A stretch of DNA of 64,000 nt from Candidatus Latescibacterota bacterium (GTDB lineage: Bacteria > Latescibacterota > UBA2968 > GCA-2709665). The position numbers were made by a program, and so were the translations under genes. The notes under the pieces are model-generated. The model was not told the origin of the DNA. It ran no database searches and saw nothing but the letters and a program-made list of their open reading frames with translations. Each line of letters starts with the position of its first letter. Positions within the stretch are counted from its first letter, which is position 1. Positions 50,099 to 59,809 of this stretch are shown here, in pieces. The stretch covers positions 2,592,001 through 2,656,000 of the forward strand of contig OZ244744.1 of assembly GCA_965219455.1 (NCBI GenBank). Direction: 5' to 3'.

Positions 50099-50352
50099 CA
50101 GCCAGCGCTTCCCCCGCTTACCGGCGGTATAAACGCCACCTCGTCCCCATCATTAAGCCGCTGGGACCTATCCACGTACGCCTGGTTGACCGACACCATC
50201 AGGCTGGCTTCCATTTCCCTCAACCGGGGTCGATCCTCCGCCAACCGCGCCAGCAGGTCGGCCACGCAGGCGCGTTCGGGAAGCGATACCGACGCCTCCC
50301 GTGTTCCAACAAGATCCCTGCACGTCGCGAAAAAAAGAACTTTGACCTCCAT
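50098..50352 (-). CDS. moaD: Sulfur carrier protein MoaD/ThiS
   Basis: VKVLFFA...VNQAYV...GDEVAFIPPVSGG followed by SAG. Confidence 0.92.
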   Translation of the reverse strand: MEVKVLFFATCRDLVGTREASVSLPERACVADLLARLAEDRPRLREMEASLMVSVNQAYVDRSQRLNDGDEVAFIPPVSGGSAG

Positions 50353-50406
50353 CTCCCTGCTCTGCTCCCTGTCTGTGGAATTTCCGGTGGCGGCGAAACC
50401 GTCCCG

Positions 50407-51387
50407 TCAACACACTTTACTCAGCCTGGCATTCTCTGTTACCCCCGGCCTCCGCCCCCGCTTGGCCACGGACCGCGTTCCGATTGCTTTGATATCGGCC
50501 GTAAAGTCAATCGGTGGCGCTCCGCTGATTGCGCTGCCTACGCCGAACCCGTCCACCGCGGAACCGGCCTCTACGAATTCCCGGATCCGTTCCGACGTCA
50601 TCCCGCCGCTCACGTAGATCTTCACCTCTCGATGCCCGGAGCGATCCAGCCGGTTTCGAACCCGACCCACGAGATCGGGCGTCACGCCACCCAGTTCAGA
50701 GGGTGTGTCCAGGCGCACGCCCAGCAGCCGTCCTCCCATTGCCCTGGCCAACCGAACGCTCTCCTCCTCTTCATCCATAAATGTATCCACCAGCACGATC
50801 CGCCGGATCGATTCCGGCATGTGCCGTTCGAAGGCCTGCGCCGCCGTCAACGTATCTCCCATGATCAACATCAGTGCATGCGGCATGGTGCCCGTCGCAT
50901 CCTGCCCCGCCAACCGGGCCCCCGCGGGCGTGGCGCAGCCGGAGCATCCGCCAACCAGGGCCGAATATTCCATGAGATCCGAGACCGCGGGATGGACATG
51001 GCGCGCACCAAAGCTGATTACCGAAATGCCCGCGGCGGCCACGACGCATGCCCCCGCCGCCGTTGCCCAGCCGCTTTTCTGGGCAAGCGTGCCGAGAAAA
51101 GCGGTCTCGAAGATACCAAAACTGCTGTAACAGGCCCGAATCCGAAGCACCACCTCTTTACGAGACATCGGCATGCCTTCGCCGAGCGCCCACACGGACG
51201 CATCCTCCGGCCACACCTCAGCCAGGTTCTCAAGCACCTCGGCGATTCCGCAAAGGATGCCGTTCCCGTTCGGAAACACCTCCATCGTGACAACAGGATC
51301 GATCTCCTCCCGCGCCAACACCTCGCGGGTATTCACAAAATAGAGATCGGCCCGGTCCTCGTCGAAAAAAGCCCTTCCCGACCGCAT
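50407..51387 (-). CDS. pncB: Nicotinate phosphoribosyltransferase (archaeal-like short type)
   Basis: DLYF, SFGARHVHP, GTMPHAL, LVDTF, GVRLDTPS, SGG, FGVGS, KRGR. Confidence 0.85.
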   Translation of the reverse strand: MRSGRAFFDEDRADLYFVNTREVLAREEIDPVVTMEVFPNGNGILCGIAEVLENLAEVWPEDASVWALGEGMPMSRKEVVLRIRACYSSFGIFETAFLGTLAQKSGWATAAGACVVAAAGISVISFGARHVHPAVSDLMEYSALVGGCSGCATPAGARLAGQDATGTMPHALMLIMGDTLTAAQAFERHMPESIRRIVLVDTFMDEEEESVRLARAMGGRLLGVRLDTPSELGGVTPDLVGRVRNRLDRSGHREVKIYVSGGMTSERIREFVEAGSAVDGFGVGSAISGAPPIDFTADIKAIGTRSVAKRGRRPGVTENARLSKVC

Positions 51388-51442
51388 CGGTTCGCCCTAT
51401 CCAGACTCACGAAACGATAAGCCCGCGATCCTGCATGGCGAA

Positions 51443-52276
51443 CTATTCGTTTTCTCTGGTTTTCAACCGTTCCCGCATCGCCTCAAAATAGGATATCGGT
51501 ACATCCACGCTCCCGATTACCGGATCCCCCCTGCCGTCGCCGTGGCAGTCCGAGCCCCCCGTGCACAGAAGGTTGTGCTGCCTCGCAATCTTCGAATACC
51601 GGGCGACGTGCGAGGCGTTGTGCTTGGTGTGCCGCACCTCGATGCCATCCAGCCCTTCTGAGACCATTCCCGAAATCAGATCGTCCCTTCGGCACAGCCC
51701 CGGATGCGCAAGACAGGCCAGCCCGCCCGCGGCCCGGATCACCTGAATGGCCTGGGACGGGGACAACGAATATTTGCTTTGATAAGCCGGTTTCGAATAC
51801 CCCAGGTACTTATGAAACGCTTCGTCGACCGAAAAAACCAGGCCTTCTTCCACCATCACATCGGCGATGTGAGGACGTCCGATCGCACCGGAACCCGCCC
51901 GCGCAAGGACCTGCTCCATGGACACCCGTAACCCCAGACGATTCAGCTTTATCACCACTCGTTGCGCCCGCTGCAACCTTGCCTGTCGATAGGTGTCAAG
52001 ACATGCGATCAAATCCGGATTATGGGGTTCGATGAAGTATCCCAGAATATGCACGTCGGTGCCGTCGCACTGGGCGCTCAACTCCGTCCCTGGCACCACC
52101 TCGACACCCAGCCGTTCGCCCTCCGCCTGCGCGGCGGATATTCCTTCGGTCGAATCGTGATCCGTCAAACTGATCACGCTGAGTCCGGCATCTGCGGCCC
52201 GGCGCACCATTTCCCGGGGCGTGGACGTTCCGTCGGAGCATGTCGAGTGCAGATGAAGGTCGATACGCGGATTCAT
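51443..52276 (-). CDS. PHP-domain phosphoesterase (TrpH/YciV-like)
   Basis: DLHLHSTCSDG, LTDHD, HILGY, GRPH, LAHP, GGSDCHG. Confidence 0.92.
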   Translation of the reverse strand: MNPRIDLHLHSTCSDGTSTPREMVRRAADAGLSVISLTDHDSTEGISAAQAEGERLGVEVVPGTELSAQCDGTDVHILGYFIEPHNPDLIACLDTYRQARLQRAQRVVIKLNRLGLRVSMEQVLARAGSGAIGRPHIADVMVEEGLVFSVDEAFHKYLGYSKPAYQSKYSLSPSQAIQVIRAAGGLACLAHPGLCRRDDLISGMVSEGLDGIEVRHTKHNASHVARYSKIARQHNLLCTGGSDCHGDGRGDPVIGSVDVPISYFEAMRERLKTRENE

Positions 52277-52872
52277 GGCCCGGCCTTCGCCTCACCCGGG
52301 CGGCCGCCTTCCGCGCTTGCCGTGCGGATTGCTTCCAGGTACGTCGACCCTCGCTTCTGGCGGATGCCTTCCCGTTTCAAGGTGACGAGTTGGCTGCGAA
52401 TGAGATTCCGTTTGATTGCACTGAAATGGTCCGTCACCAGAACGCCGTTCAGATGATCAACCTCGTGCTGTACCGCTCGGGCGGCAATATCCGTTATCAC
52501 CCCGCTGACAACGTTGCCGTCCCGATCCAGGGCGTTTACATGAACCTGCGCCCAGCGCTTTACATCTCCGACAACCCCCGGCAGGCTCAGGCATCCCTCT
52601 TCTCCCACGACTTCACCCTCTCCCCCGACTAATTCCGGGTTAATCAATACCATTGCCGCCCCCCCTTCCGAATCGCCGGGACTCACGTCCAGAACGACGA
52701 CGCGCCGGCTTACGCCTACCTGGGGCGCCGCCAGCCCGATCCCCTCTGCCGCATACATCGTCTCAAACATATCGTCCACAAGCGTTCGCACCTCTTCCGT
52801 TACCGACTCAACGGGCTGCGCCTTCCTCCTGAGTGTGAGACACCCGAATTTTTTTATCTCAAGCAAAGCCAT
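52273..52872 (-). CDS. def: Peptide deformylase
   Basis: GIGLAAPQ, EGCLS, QHEVDHLNG. Confidence 0.96.
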   Translation of the reverse strand: MALLEIKKFGCLTLRRKAQPVESVTEEVRTLVDDMFETMYAAEGIGLAAPQVGVSRRVVVLDVSPGDSEGGAAMVLINPELVGGEGEVVGEEGCLSLPGVVGDVKRWAQVHVNALDRDGNVVSGVITDIAARAVQHEVDHLNGVLVTDHFSAIKRNLIRSQLVTLKREGIRQKRGSTYLEAIRTASAEGGRPGEAKAGP

Positions 52873-52914
52873 TGTTCAGGTTCCGTGTAATCTGTCAATC
52901 TTCTGCGATGGCGA

Positions 52915-53793
52915 CTACTTACCCCGAATGGTCAGTAACGTCTCGTTCAAACTCCCGCTTCGGTACCCCTGCATATCCACCGTGACGTACCTATATCCGA
53001 TTTCCTTCAAGCGCGCCACAACCCGGTCGACGAGTCCTTCCAGGAAAAATCGGGCGACCTCCCCGGGAGGAACTTCAATGCGGGCGATATCGTCATGGTG
53101 CCTCACCCGGACCAGGCTGAATCCCAGCGTCTTGAGAAAAGCCTCGGCCCGGTCAACCATCGACAGCGCTTCCACGGTCACAGGCGTACCATAGGAAATG
53201 CGGGATGACAGACACGCCGACGCGGGCTGATCCCAGGTGGGCAATCCCCAGGTTCTGGATAACAGCCGAATGTCCTCTTTTGTCAAGCCCACCTCGACCA
53301 TCGGCGCCCGCACGCCCCGGTCCCGGGCCGCCTTCATGCCTGGCCTGAAGTCACCCACGTCGTCCGCGATGGCCCCGTAAATCAGAAATCGATGCCGTCC
53401 CCCGTACTCTTCGAGGACTTCATCCAGCTTGTCCGCCAGCGCCGTCTTGCAATGATAGCATCGGTCGGGCTCGTTTTTTACGTAGTCCGGATTCTCCATT
53501 TCCCGCGTGTGGACCACTTCCATCGAAATACCGATCCGTGCCGCGAGAGCCTGCGCGTTCTCGAGTTCTCCGGTAGCGTAGCTGGCCGAAACCGCCGTCA
53601 CCGCCAGCGCCTTCGTTCCCAGCACGCCGTGCGCCGCCGCGGCCAGAAACGTGCTGTCCACGCCCCCTGAGAACGCCACCACGACGCTCCCCATCCGCTC
53701 GAGGAGGTTCTCGAGCCGCCGCAGTTTTTCTTCAGCCGACAAGAGCCCGGTTCGCGTATCTTCACTCATATGGCGTTCCACTGGAGACTTCAC
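52915..53793 (-). CDS. larE: LarE-family ATP-dependent sulfur transferase
   Basis: PP-loop AFSGGVDS, RCYHCK, DFRPG, ACLSSRI, VRVRHH, GYRSGS. Confidence 0.93.
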   Translation of the reverse strand: MKSPVERHMSEDTRTGLLSAEEKLRRLENLLERMGSVVVAFSGGVDSTFLAAAAHGVLGTKALAVTAVSASYATGELENAQALAARIGISMEVVHTREMENPDYVKNEPDRCYHCKTALADKLDEVLEEYGGRHRFLIYGAIADDVGDFRPGMKAARDRGVRAPMVEVGLTKEDIRLLSRTWGLPTWDQPASACLSSRISYGTPVTVEALSMVDRAEAFLKTLGFSLVRVRHHDDIARIEVPPGEVARFFLEGLVDRVVARLKEIGYRYVTVDMQGYRSGSLNETLLTIRGK

Positions 53794-55238
53794 TTGCGAT
53801 TCTCCACTCCGCCCGGCATCACCACCGCATCGACCATCCCGTGCAATACTTTCTTATCCGGCGGACAAACCGTGGCCTGCACGCCCGACAACACGGGCTG
53901 ACCATCCACAACGAAATAGTAAGGCTGGATACGCACCCGACCCTTGAGGCGCACCATGCGATCCGTCTCGAAATCATAGTACGCCACCGAAAACCGGGAA
54001 CCCGTGTGGAATTCCTGCAGAATGTGGGGCGACTTGTGATAATCGGCAAGCGCGGACTCGATGGTAGCCTGCCAGTCCGTCTCGGACATGTCGTGGCCGA
54101 CCGCGACGCCCCGGCTTCCCCAGGCCTGGTCCGAGAACCCGGACGGCTTAATGACAAAATGGCGCTGTTTCTGTCGCAAGGAGCCGAGGTCCTTCCAGTT
54201 ACCGAAAATCCGGCCGTCCACGCTCAATCCTGGAATAACGCCGTGCGGCGGCAGGAGACGCGGGTCCAGAATCCAGGTCTTCGGAAAGGTCTGCATCAGG
54301 AATTCCACCCCTTCTTCTCCAAGTTCGCGAATCCAGAACGAACGCAACAGGGGGTGGTGGAACAGGGCCATTAGCATTTTCTCTTCCATGTGGGCCTTCA
54401 GCGGCGGCGTTGCTTTTACCGTTCCCTTTCGAATGGCATATAGAATCAGATCCATCTTCGCTATGTTTTTCAGGTCGAACAATTCAAAAAACCGGTAAAG
54501 CACATCGATCTGCCGCCTTCCACCCGCGCCATTCACGAACAGTCCGGCTTCGCTGAAAATCACCTCTTCCGGGCGCACAACATAGGTTTCCAGTCCCGCC
54601 CGGTTCAAGGCCTCGCCCAACCAGGTCATTTCGGGACGGTACCCTGAAGATTCCTCCGAAACCACAATACCCAGCACCGGCTCTCCCATCCCGGCGACCG
54701 ACCGCACCATCCCAATGAATCCGTTCACCATTCCGTCGACGCCACCCACGATTTCAAACCCGAATCGGCCATACCGCTCCGCCAGGCTGGTGGTAAACCC
54801 GATGCCTCCCGGCACCGAATCCAACTCCGAAGCGATGGTTCCCGTACGGGTCGGAATCAGGTCCGGACGGATCACCAGGGGCAGATGCTGCTTGAAACGG
54901 TTCATCCGGCCGTATCCGATCACGGTCTCCGGCTTCCCCTGGTCCAGGTAAGCCGCTACCCACGCGGGCTGAATATTCCGGACGCTCTGAGAATACAGAA
55001 CGTTGCAGGCTTTATAGAAATTGTACAAATAGCTGCCCAGGCGTTCCAGATGGTCGATAACCCGAGGTGGCATCCAGAACGGTTCGGGCGACACCCGCCA
55101 CGGGCTGTTCGAATTGGGATGCACCGTGCGCTGCACATCCGTATACAGGCCGCCAGAGGGCGTCATCCTGTCAATACAGAGGCTGCGCTCCTTCGCGTCG
55201 GTCTCTTGAATCGATTTTTCCTGTGCACAGATTCCCAT
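53790..55238 (-). CDS. Uncharacterised ATP-grasp protein (glutathionylspermidine-synthase-like); start uncertain
   Basis: IRPDLI, SELDSVPGG, VLYRFFELFD, VIKPSGFS..WGSRGV, ILQEF. Confidence 0.65.
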   Translation of the reverse strand: MGICAQEKSIQETDAKERSLCIDRMTPSGGLYTDVQRTVHPNSNSPWRVSPEPFWMPPRVIDHLERLGSYLYNFYKACNVLYSQSVRNIQPAWVAAYLDQGKPETVIGYGRMNRFKQHLPLVIRPDLIPTRTGTIASELDSVPGGIGFTTSLAERYGRFGFEIVGGVDGMVNGFIGMVRSVAGMGEPVLGIVVSEESSGYRPEMTWLGEALNRAGLETYVVRPEEVIFSEAGLFVNGAGGRRQIDVLYRFFELFDLKNIAKMDLILYAIRKGTVKATPPLKAHMEEKMLMALFHHPLLRSFWIRELGEEGVEFLMQTFPKTWILDPRLLPPHGVIPGLSVDGRIFGNWKDLGSLRQKQRHFVIKPSGFSDQAWGSRGVAVGHDMSETDWQATIESALADYHKSPHILQEFHTGSRFSVAYYDFETDRMVRLKGRVRIQPYYFVVDGQPVLSGVQATVCPPDKKVLHGMVDAVVMPGGVENRK

Positions 55239-55452
55239 ACATGCTCACCTGAAGGGGTGGCGTCCAATAACGAATCATCGACGTCGGGTGCGGATACTCG
55301 TTACGATTTTTCTCTATAAAAATGGGACCGGATGGTGTCGAAGCCATACCCATCGCGTTGGTAAGATAGCAAAAAACAGGGCCTGCCGTCCTTCTATCTC
55401 CGCGAGCGAGCCCTGTATACGGCGTTATGGCCCCTCTTCCAACCGCGAAAGC

Positions 55453-55899
55453 TCAGGATGCCCGGCCCCCGCGCCGGCCCTGACGCCGTTTCGGCTTCTT
55501 TACTTTTTTCCATACCACGGTGGACCCGCCAATCTGCAGCCGCCGCCATGGCTCACGCGCGTCGTCGGTCTCGCCGCTCTGTCTCCCGGTCTCCGCCCCG
55601 GCTTCCAGCGGGTTTCGGGCGGGAGGCCGCGGCACCGCGGGTTCGTTAACAGCCAGAAGCGCCTGAACGGATGACAGTGTTTCCGAAACGGAAAGACCCT
55701 GGCCATCCGATTCATCTTCCAGATTCAGGCGCGCGGCAGCAGCTTCGTAAACGGCCTTCGCCGCCTCAACGCGCGCTTCGAGAAGGCCGAGCGTGCGTCT
55801 CAGTTCCTCAACCTGAGATGCTGAGGCATCTATTTCGCGACGGGCGTGCTCCAGCACCTGTTCGTAGAGATTGTCTCGTTCGCCGTTTGGTCCATCCAT
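55453..55899 (-). CDS. Hypothetical coiled-coil protein with basic C-terminal tail
   Basis: Heptad-rich N-terminal half; same orientation as neighbours; GGAG RBS. Confidence 0.55.
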   Translation of the reverse strand: MDGPNGERDNLYEQVLEHARREIDASASQVEELRRTLGLLEARVEAAKAVYEAAAARLNLEDESDGQGLSVSETLSSVQALLAVNEPAVPRPPARNPLEAGAETGRQSGETDDAREPWRRLQIGGSTVVWKKVKKPKRRQGRRGGRAS

Positions 55900-56203
55900 C
55901 GTCTCCACCCACGCATTGACGGTACCGATTGGCACACGCTTCGCGGGAAACCCGCACATACTGCGCGTGTTCACCTGTCTGAGTCGCAGCAATTCGACGG
56001 CCGACGCGGTGAGGTTATAACTATATTAGATGGTGTTTATTAAAGTATTTGATTCTATCCAGCGCTCTAATTATATAACACGCGTTGAAAAACGACAAGC
56101 CAGAACTTCGCGCCGGATCCCGCATTCCGTGACAGAAACGGCTCGTTTTTTGTTGTAACGCACTTTCTCTATACACATATGGATCGCGCCAGGGGTTCCA
56201 CGT

Positions 56204-58141
56204 TCAGCGCCCGTTCTCGTCGGCAAGCGCCAACTTCATACTCTTTCTGTATCTTTCGGGGTCGTTGAGAATGCGAACGGCCTCCTGATACTGCTCATCT
56301 CCCCTCAGCCGCGCCAGAATACGCCCCCTCTTGCCCCAGACCCGGTTTCCCAGTTCCCTTCCGATTTCCAGCCTGATAAACGGTTCCGCCTTTTCAAACT
56401 CCGCCTTCCGCTCCGAATCAACAACGTTCCGCAGGACATCCAACGCCTCGCCGGCTTTCGCCTCGAGGCCTGCGGCCGCCAGCGCCCGGGTCAGATTCTC
56501 CAGTTCGTTTCCGGCCGGCGTGCGGTATCGGCGGAAATTCCCGAGATTCGACGAGTCTGCGAGAAATGCCCGGAACGCGGCGGTCTCCATATCCCCCACC
56601 TCATACCCCTCCGGACTCGTCGGAAACGTGTTCCGCGCGGCGTATTCAACGGCAAAATCGAAAAAGAGACCGGCTCGGTACATTTCGAGTATCAGCCGCG
56701 GCCTGCGCTTCGGCTTCACCACCACGTCGGGTGTGATACCGCCTCCGCCGTAAACCGTGCGGCCGCCAGCGGTCTTGAAAGCCCTGGTCGAGTCCGAAAC
56801 TTCCGTATCGACACCATCCTCTCTCATCGCCATTCCCAACATCTGCCCCAGTTCGATCTCTAGAAGCTGCTCCGCCTGCTTCGTGGATTCCAGATCGAAC
56901 TGTTCGAAAAGCCGTGTGATCGCGTCCTCCCGGCTCTCTTCCCCGGCAATCGTCGCAACCGTCTGATACAGAGGCACCCGAGTGTCACCGACATTCAACG
57001 CCAGGTTGCCCAGCCGTCCAAACCGTCTGTTTTTGTGGATACTTCGCCCGCTGGGGGTATAGTAAAGGGCCGTTGTCCACTTCAGCGCTTTGTCCTGGCT
57101 AACGTGCTGGAAGGATTGCACGGATCCCTTTCCAAAAGTCGGCACCCCCAGGATCAAACCACGGTCTGAATCCTGAATTGCACCCGCGACGATCTCCGAG
57201 GCGCTGGCGCTGTGTGCGTTGACCAGAACCACCAGTGGAATATCTTTAACCCGAGACCTTTCTGCGGTACGGTACTCCTTGTTTTGCGAGTCCACACGAC
57301 CCCGGGTGGTGACGACCAGACGACCGGGTTCCAGAAACACGTCGGCGACGGCGACGGCCTGCGCCAGCAGCCCGCCGGGATTCCCCCGCAAGTCCAGTAT
57401 AATGCCCCGCACATTCTTCGCTTTCAGCTCATCGACTGCCCCCTTCAGCTCATCGGGCGTGGATTCCGAAAACCTGCTGCTAATCAGGCCGGACATGGCA
57501 ATGTAACCGATGCCGTCTTCAATCCCGGCAATGCTCGCCACGCTTTTTACGCGAATGCGCGCCCGGATAATCTCCTGGTCGAACGGCTCGGACTGACCCA
57601 CTCGGTCGATCGTAATCACGACCCGATTGCCCGGCGTCCCACGCAGCACATCCACAACTTCCTCCAATTTCTTGTTGGGGGTGGGGTCGCCATCCACCGC
57701 GACGATCCGATCGCCGACCACAAGCCCGGATGTGTCCGCGGGCGTACCCTCGATCACACTCAGAACGACGGGCACCTCGATTCCATTCCGCTTCATGGTG
57801 CTGATCGTGATACCCAACCCACCGAATTTACCCCTGGTATCGATCATAAGATCTTCGAAGCCGCGCCGATTGAGGATTTGCGTATACGGGTCCAGTTCGT
57901 CCAGCATGCCTTCAATGGCTGAAGTCGTGAGCGAGTCGGATGCCAGTGGCTTATAGTAGCTCGTGGTCAGCAGTTTCAGCGTTTCGATGTATTCGTTTAT
58001 GCCACTTTCGACGGTGGCGTACCCGTCTTGCCCTTTGACAAGCCGCGAGTCCAGAACCAGGCAGGTTCCCAAAAGGCCGAAAAGTGCCACTCCAACCCAT
58101 ATTCGTCTGCGTTTCCGCCCGCTCATATTCCGCCTCCGCAT
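56204..58141 (-). CDS. ctpA: S41 family C-terminal processing protease
   Basis: LDPYT, FGGLG PDZ, DLRGNPGG, SASASEI, TFGKGSVQ, GGGITPD. Confidence 0.93.
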   Translation of the reverse strand: MRRRNMSGRKRRRIWVGVALFGLLGTCLVLDSRLVKGQDGYATVESGINEYIETLKLLTTSYYKPLASDSLTTSAIEGMLDELDPYTQILNRRGFEDLMIDTRGKFGGLGITISTMKRNGIEVPVVLSVIEGTPADTSGLVVGDRIVAVDGDPTPNKKLEEVVDVLRGTPGNRVVITIDRVGQSEPFDQEIIRARIRVKSVASIAGIEDGIGYIAMSGLISSRFSESTPDELKGAVDELKAKNVRGIILDLRGNPGGLLAQAVAVADVFLEPGRLVVTTRGRVDSQNKEYRTAERSRVKDIPLVVLVNAHSASASEIVAGAIQDSDRGLILGVPTFGKGSVQSFQHVSQDKALKWTTALYYTPSGRSIHKNRRFGRLGNLALNVGDTRVPLYQTVATIAGEESREDAITRLFEQFDLESTKQAEQLLEIELGQMLGMAMREDGVDTEVSDSTRAFKTAGGRTVYGGGGITPDVVVKPKRRPRLILEMYRAGLFFDFAVEYAARNTFPTSPEGYEVGDMETAAFRAFLADSSNLGNFRRYRTPAGNELENLTRALAAAGLEAKAGEALDVLRNVVDSERKAEFEKAEPFIRLEIGRELGNRVWGKRGRILARLRGDEQYQEAVRILNDPERYRKSMKLALADENGR

Positions 58142-58153
58142 TGTTTCGTCCCG

Positions 58154-58777
58154 CTACTCCTCGCCGGCCAGCCGTTTATGTGTCTCGTTGTAGATCCTGC
58201 ACGCCAGATCCTCGACAGAAAGCCGGCCGTCAACCCGAAAAATACGCTCCGGTTCCGCCCGCCACATCCTTCGATACCCTTTCCCTACCTTATCGAAAAA
58301 CGCATCGCCGGCCGCTTCGAGCCTGTCGGCATCTCCAGATATCCATCGCTTTTTGGCGGTTTCGAGATCCATGTCGATCCAAACGGTCAGGTCCGGCCCG
58401 AGCCCCCCGGTGGCCACCGCCTGAACCGCCTGAATACGATTCAGTTCCAGCCCGCGCCCATAGCCCTGATAAACGACGGTGGAATCGACATACCGGTCTG
58501 AAACCACCACTTTCCCCTGCATCAATGCAGGCCGGATCACCGTGTTGACATGCTGAGCCCGATCTGCCGCGAATAACAGCATCTCGGCGGCGGGGTCCAC
58601 CTCCGATCGACGCGCCAGAACAAGACTGCGGACCCTCCGGCCCAACCCGGTGCCCCCCGGCTCCATGGTGAACACCACGGCTCGACCCTCCGCGCGCAGC
58701 CGCTCGACCAGCCGCTCGGCCTGCGTGGTTTTCCCGCTCCTGTCGATGCCTTCAAACGTAATAAACAGTCCGGCCAC
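58154..58777 (-). CDS. tmk: Thymidylate (dTMP) kinase
   Basis: FITFEGIDRSGKTT, EPGGT, DRYVDS..YQG. Confidence 0.95.
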   Translation of the reverse strand: MAGLFITFEGIDRSGKTTQAERLVERLRAEGRAVVFTMEPGGTGLGRRVRSLVLARRSEVDPAAEMLLFAADRAQHVNTVIRPALMQGKVVVSDRYVDSTVVYQGYGRGLELNRIQAVQAVATGGLGPDLTVWIDMDLETAKKRWISGDADRLEAAGDAFFDKVGKGYRRMWRAEPERIFRVDGRLSVEDLACRIYNETHKRLAGEE

Positions 58778-58815
58778 GCCGATCCATACTCCCGTGCCGC
58801 GTGTGGGTGGCGCCG

Positions 58816-59724
58816 TTATCCGAGCAATTGCGTCAGGATCGCCTTTTGAACATGCATCCTGTTTTCCGCCTGATCCACCGCCACGCATCTCGGGCTTGCC
58901 ATCACTTCCGCCGTCAACTCGTACCCCTTGTGTGCGGGCAGGCAATGCATTACCAGCGCTCGGGTCTTGTCCATCAGGTCCGTATTTATCTGATACGGAG
59001 CAAACGCCTCAACGCGCCGCTTCCTCTCCGCTTCATACGCAGGATCTTGGAAAAACTCCATGTCGATCCAGGTGTCCGTATAGAGAAAATCCGCCTCCGC
59101 CACCGCCGCCTCCAGGTCCAGGGTCTCCTCAAACAGCCCGGTCGTCCGTGCCTGTTCGGTGAGATCCTCGTCCTCGGAAGGTCTGTTCACCTCCGGCGTC
59201 ACTGACGTGATTCGCACACCGGCTTTGGTACATCCTGCGATCAACGAATTGCACACGTTGTTCCGAATGCCCACGTAAACCAGATGAGCGCCCTCCAGTT
59301 TCCCCCGGATCTCCCGGATGGTCATCAGATCGCCAAGCGCCTGGCACGGATGGTACCGGTTGCAGCACCCGTTAATCACAGGCACCTCAGCCCCGTCGGC
59401 AAGTTTCCGCAGGTCGCAGTGATTCAACATCCGGGCCATAATGACGTCCGAATACCGGGAAAGCACCTGGGCTTCGTCTTTAAGATCCGCCAACTGGAAA
59501 TTGGTAGCGCGCCAATCCAGATTCATGGCGTACCCGCCCAGTTGGTGCATCCCCGTTTCAAACGAACATCGGGTCCGCGTCGATGGCTTCTGAAACAGCA
59601 TCGCCAGCGTTCGGCCCTTTAATGCTCCCGAAAACCGTTTCGGGTCTGCCTTCATCAACAGACCCGCCTCAACCGTATCCAGGATATCCTCAGCCGACCA
59701 TGTCTTGAGCGTAATCAAATCCAT
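58816..59724 (-). CDS. argF: Ornithine carbamoyltransferase family
   Basis: FQKPSTRTR, HPCQ, MHCLP, QAENR. Confidence 0.88.
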   Translation of the reverse strand: MDLITLKTWSAEDILDTVEAGLLMKADPKRFSGALKGRTLAMLFQKPSTRTRCSFETGMHQLGGYAMNLDWRATNFQLADLKDEAQVLSRYSDVIMARMLNHCDLRKLADGAEVPVINGCCNRYHPCQALGDLMTIREIRGKLEGAHLVYVGIRNNVCNSLIAGCTKAGVRITSVTPEVNRPSEDEDLTEQARTTGLFEETLDLEAAVAEADFLYTDTWIDMEFFQDPAYEAERKRRVEAFAPYQINTDLMDKTRALVMHCLPAHKGYELTAEVMASPRCVAVDQAENRMHVQKAILTQLLG

Positions 59725-59809
59725 GGGCGAATGACCTTCCTCCTCACCAGGGCGCGTGATCGTTTGCCGGCCGCAGGTCGTTTCAACGCAAATGGATCGA
59801 CCCGGTTCA

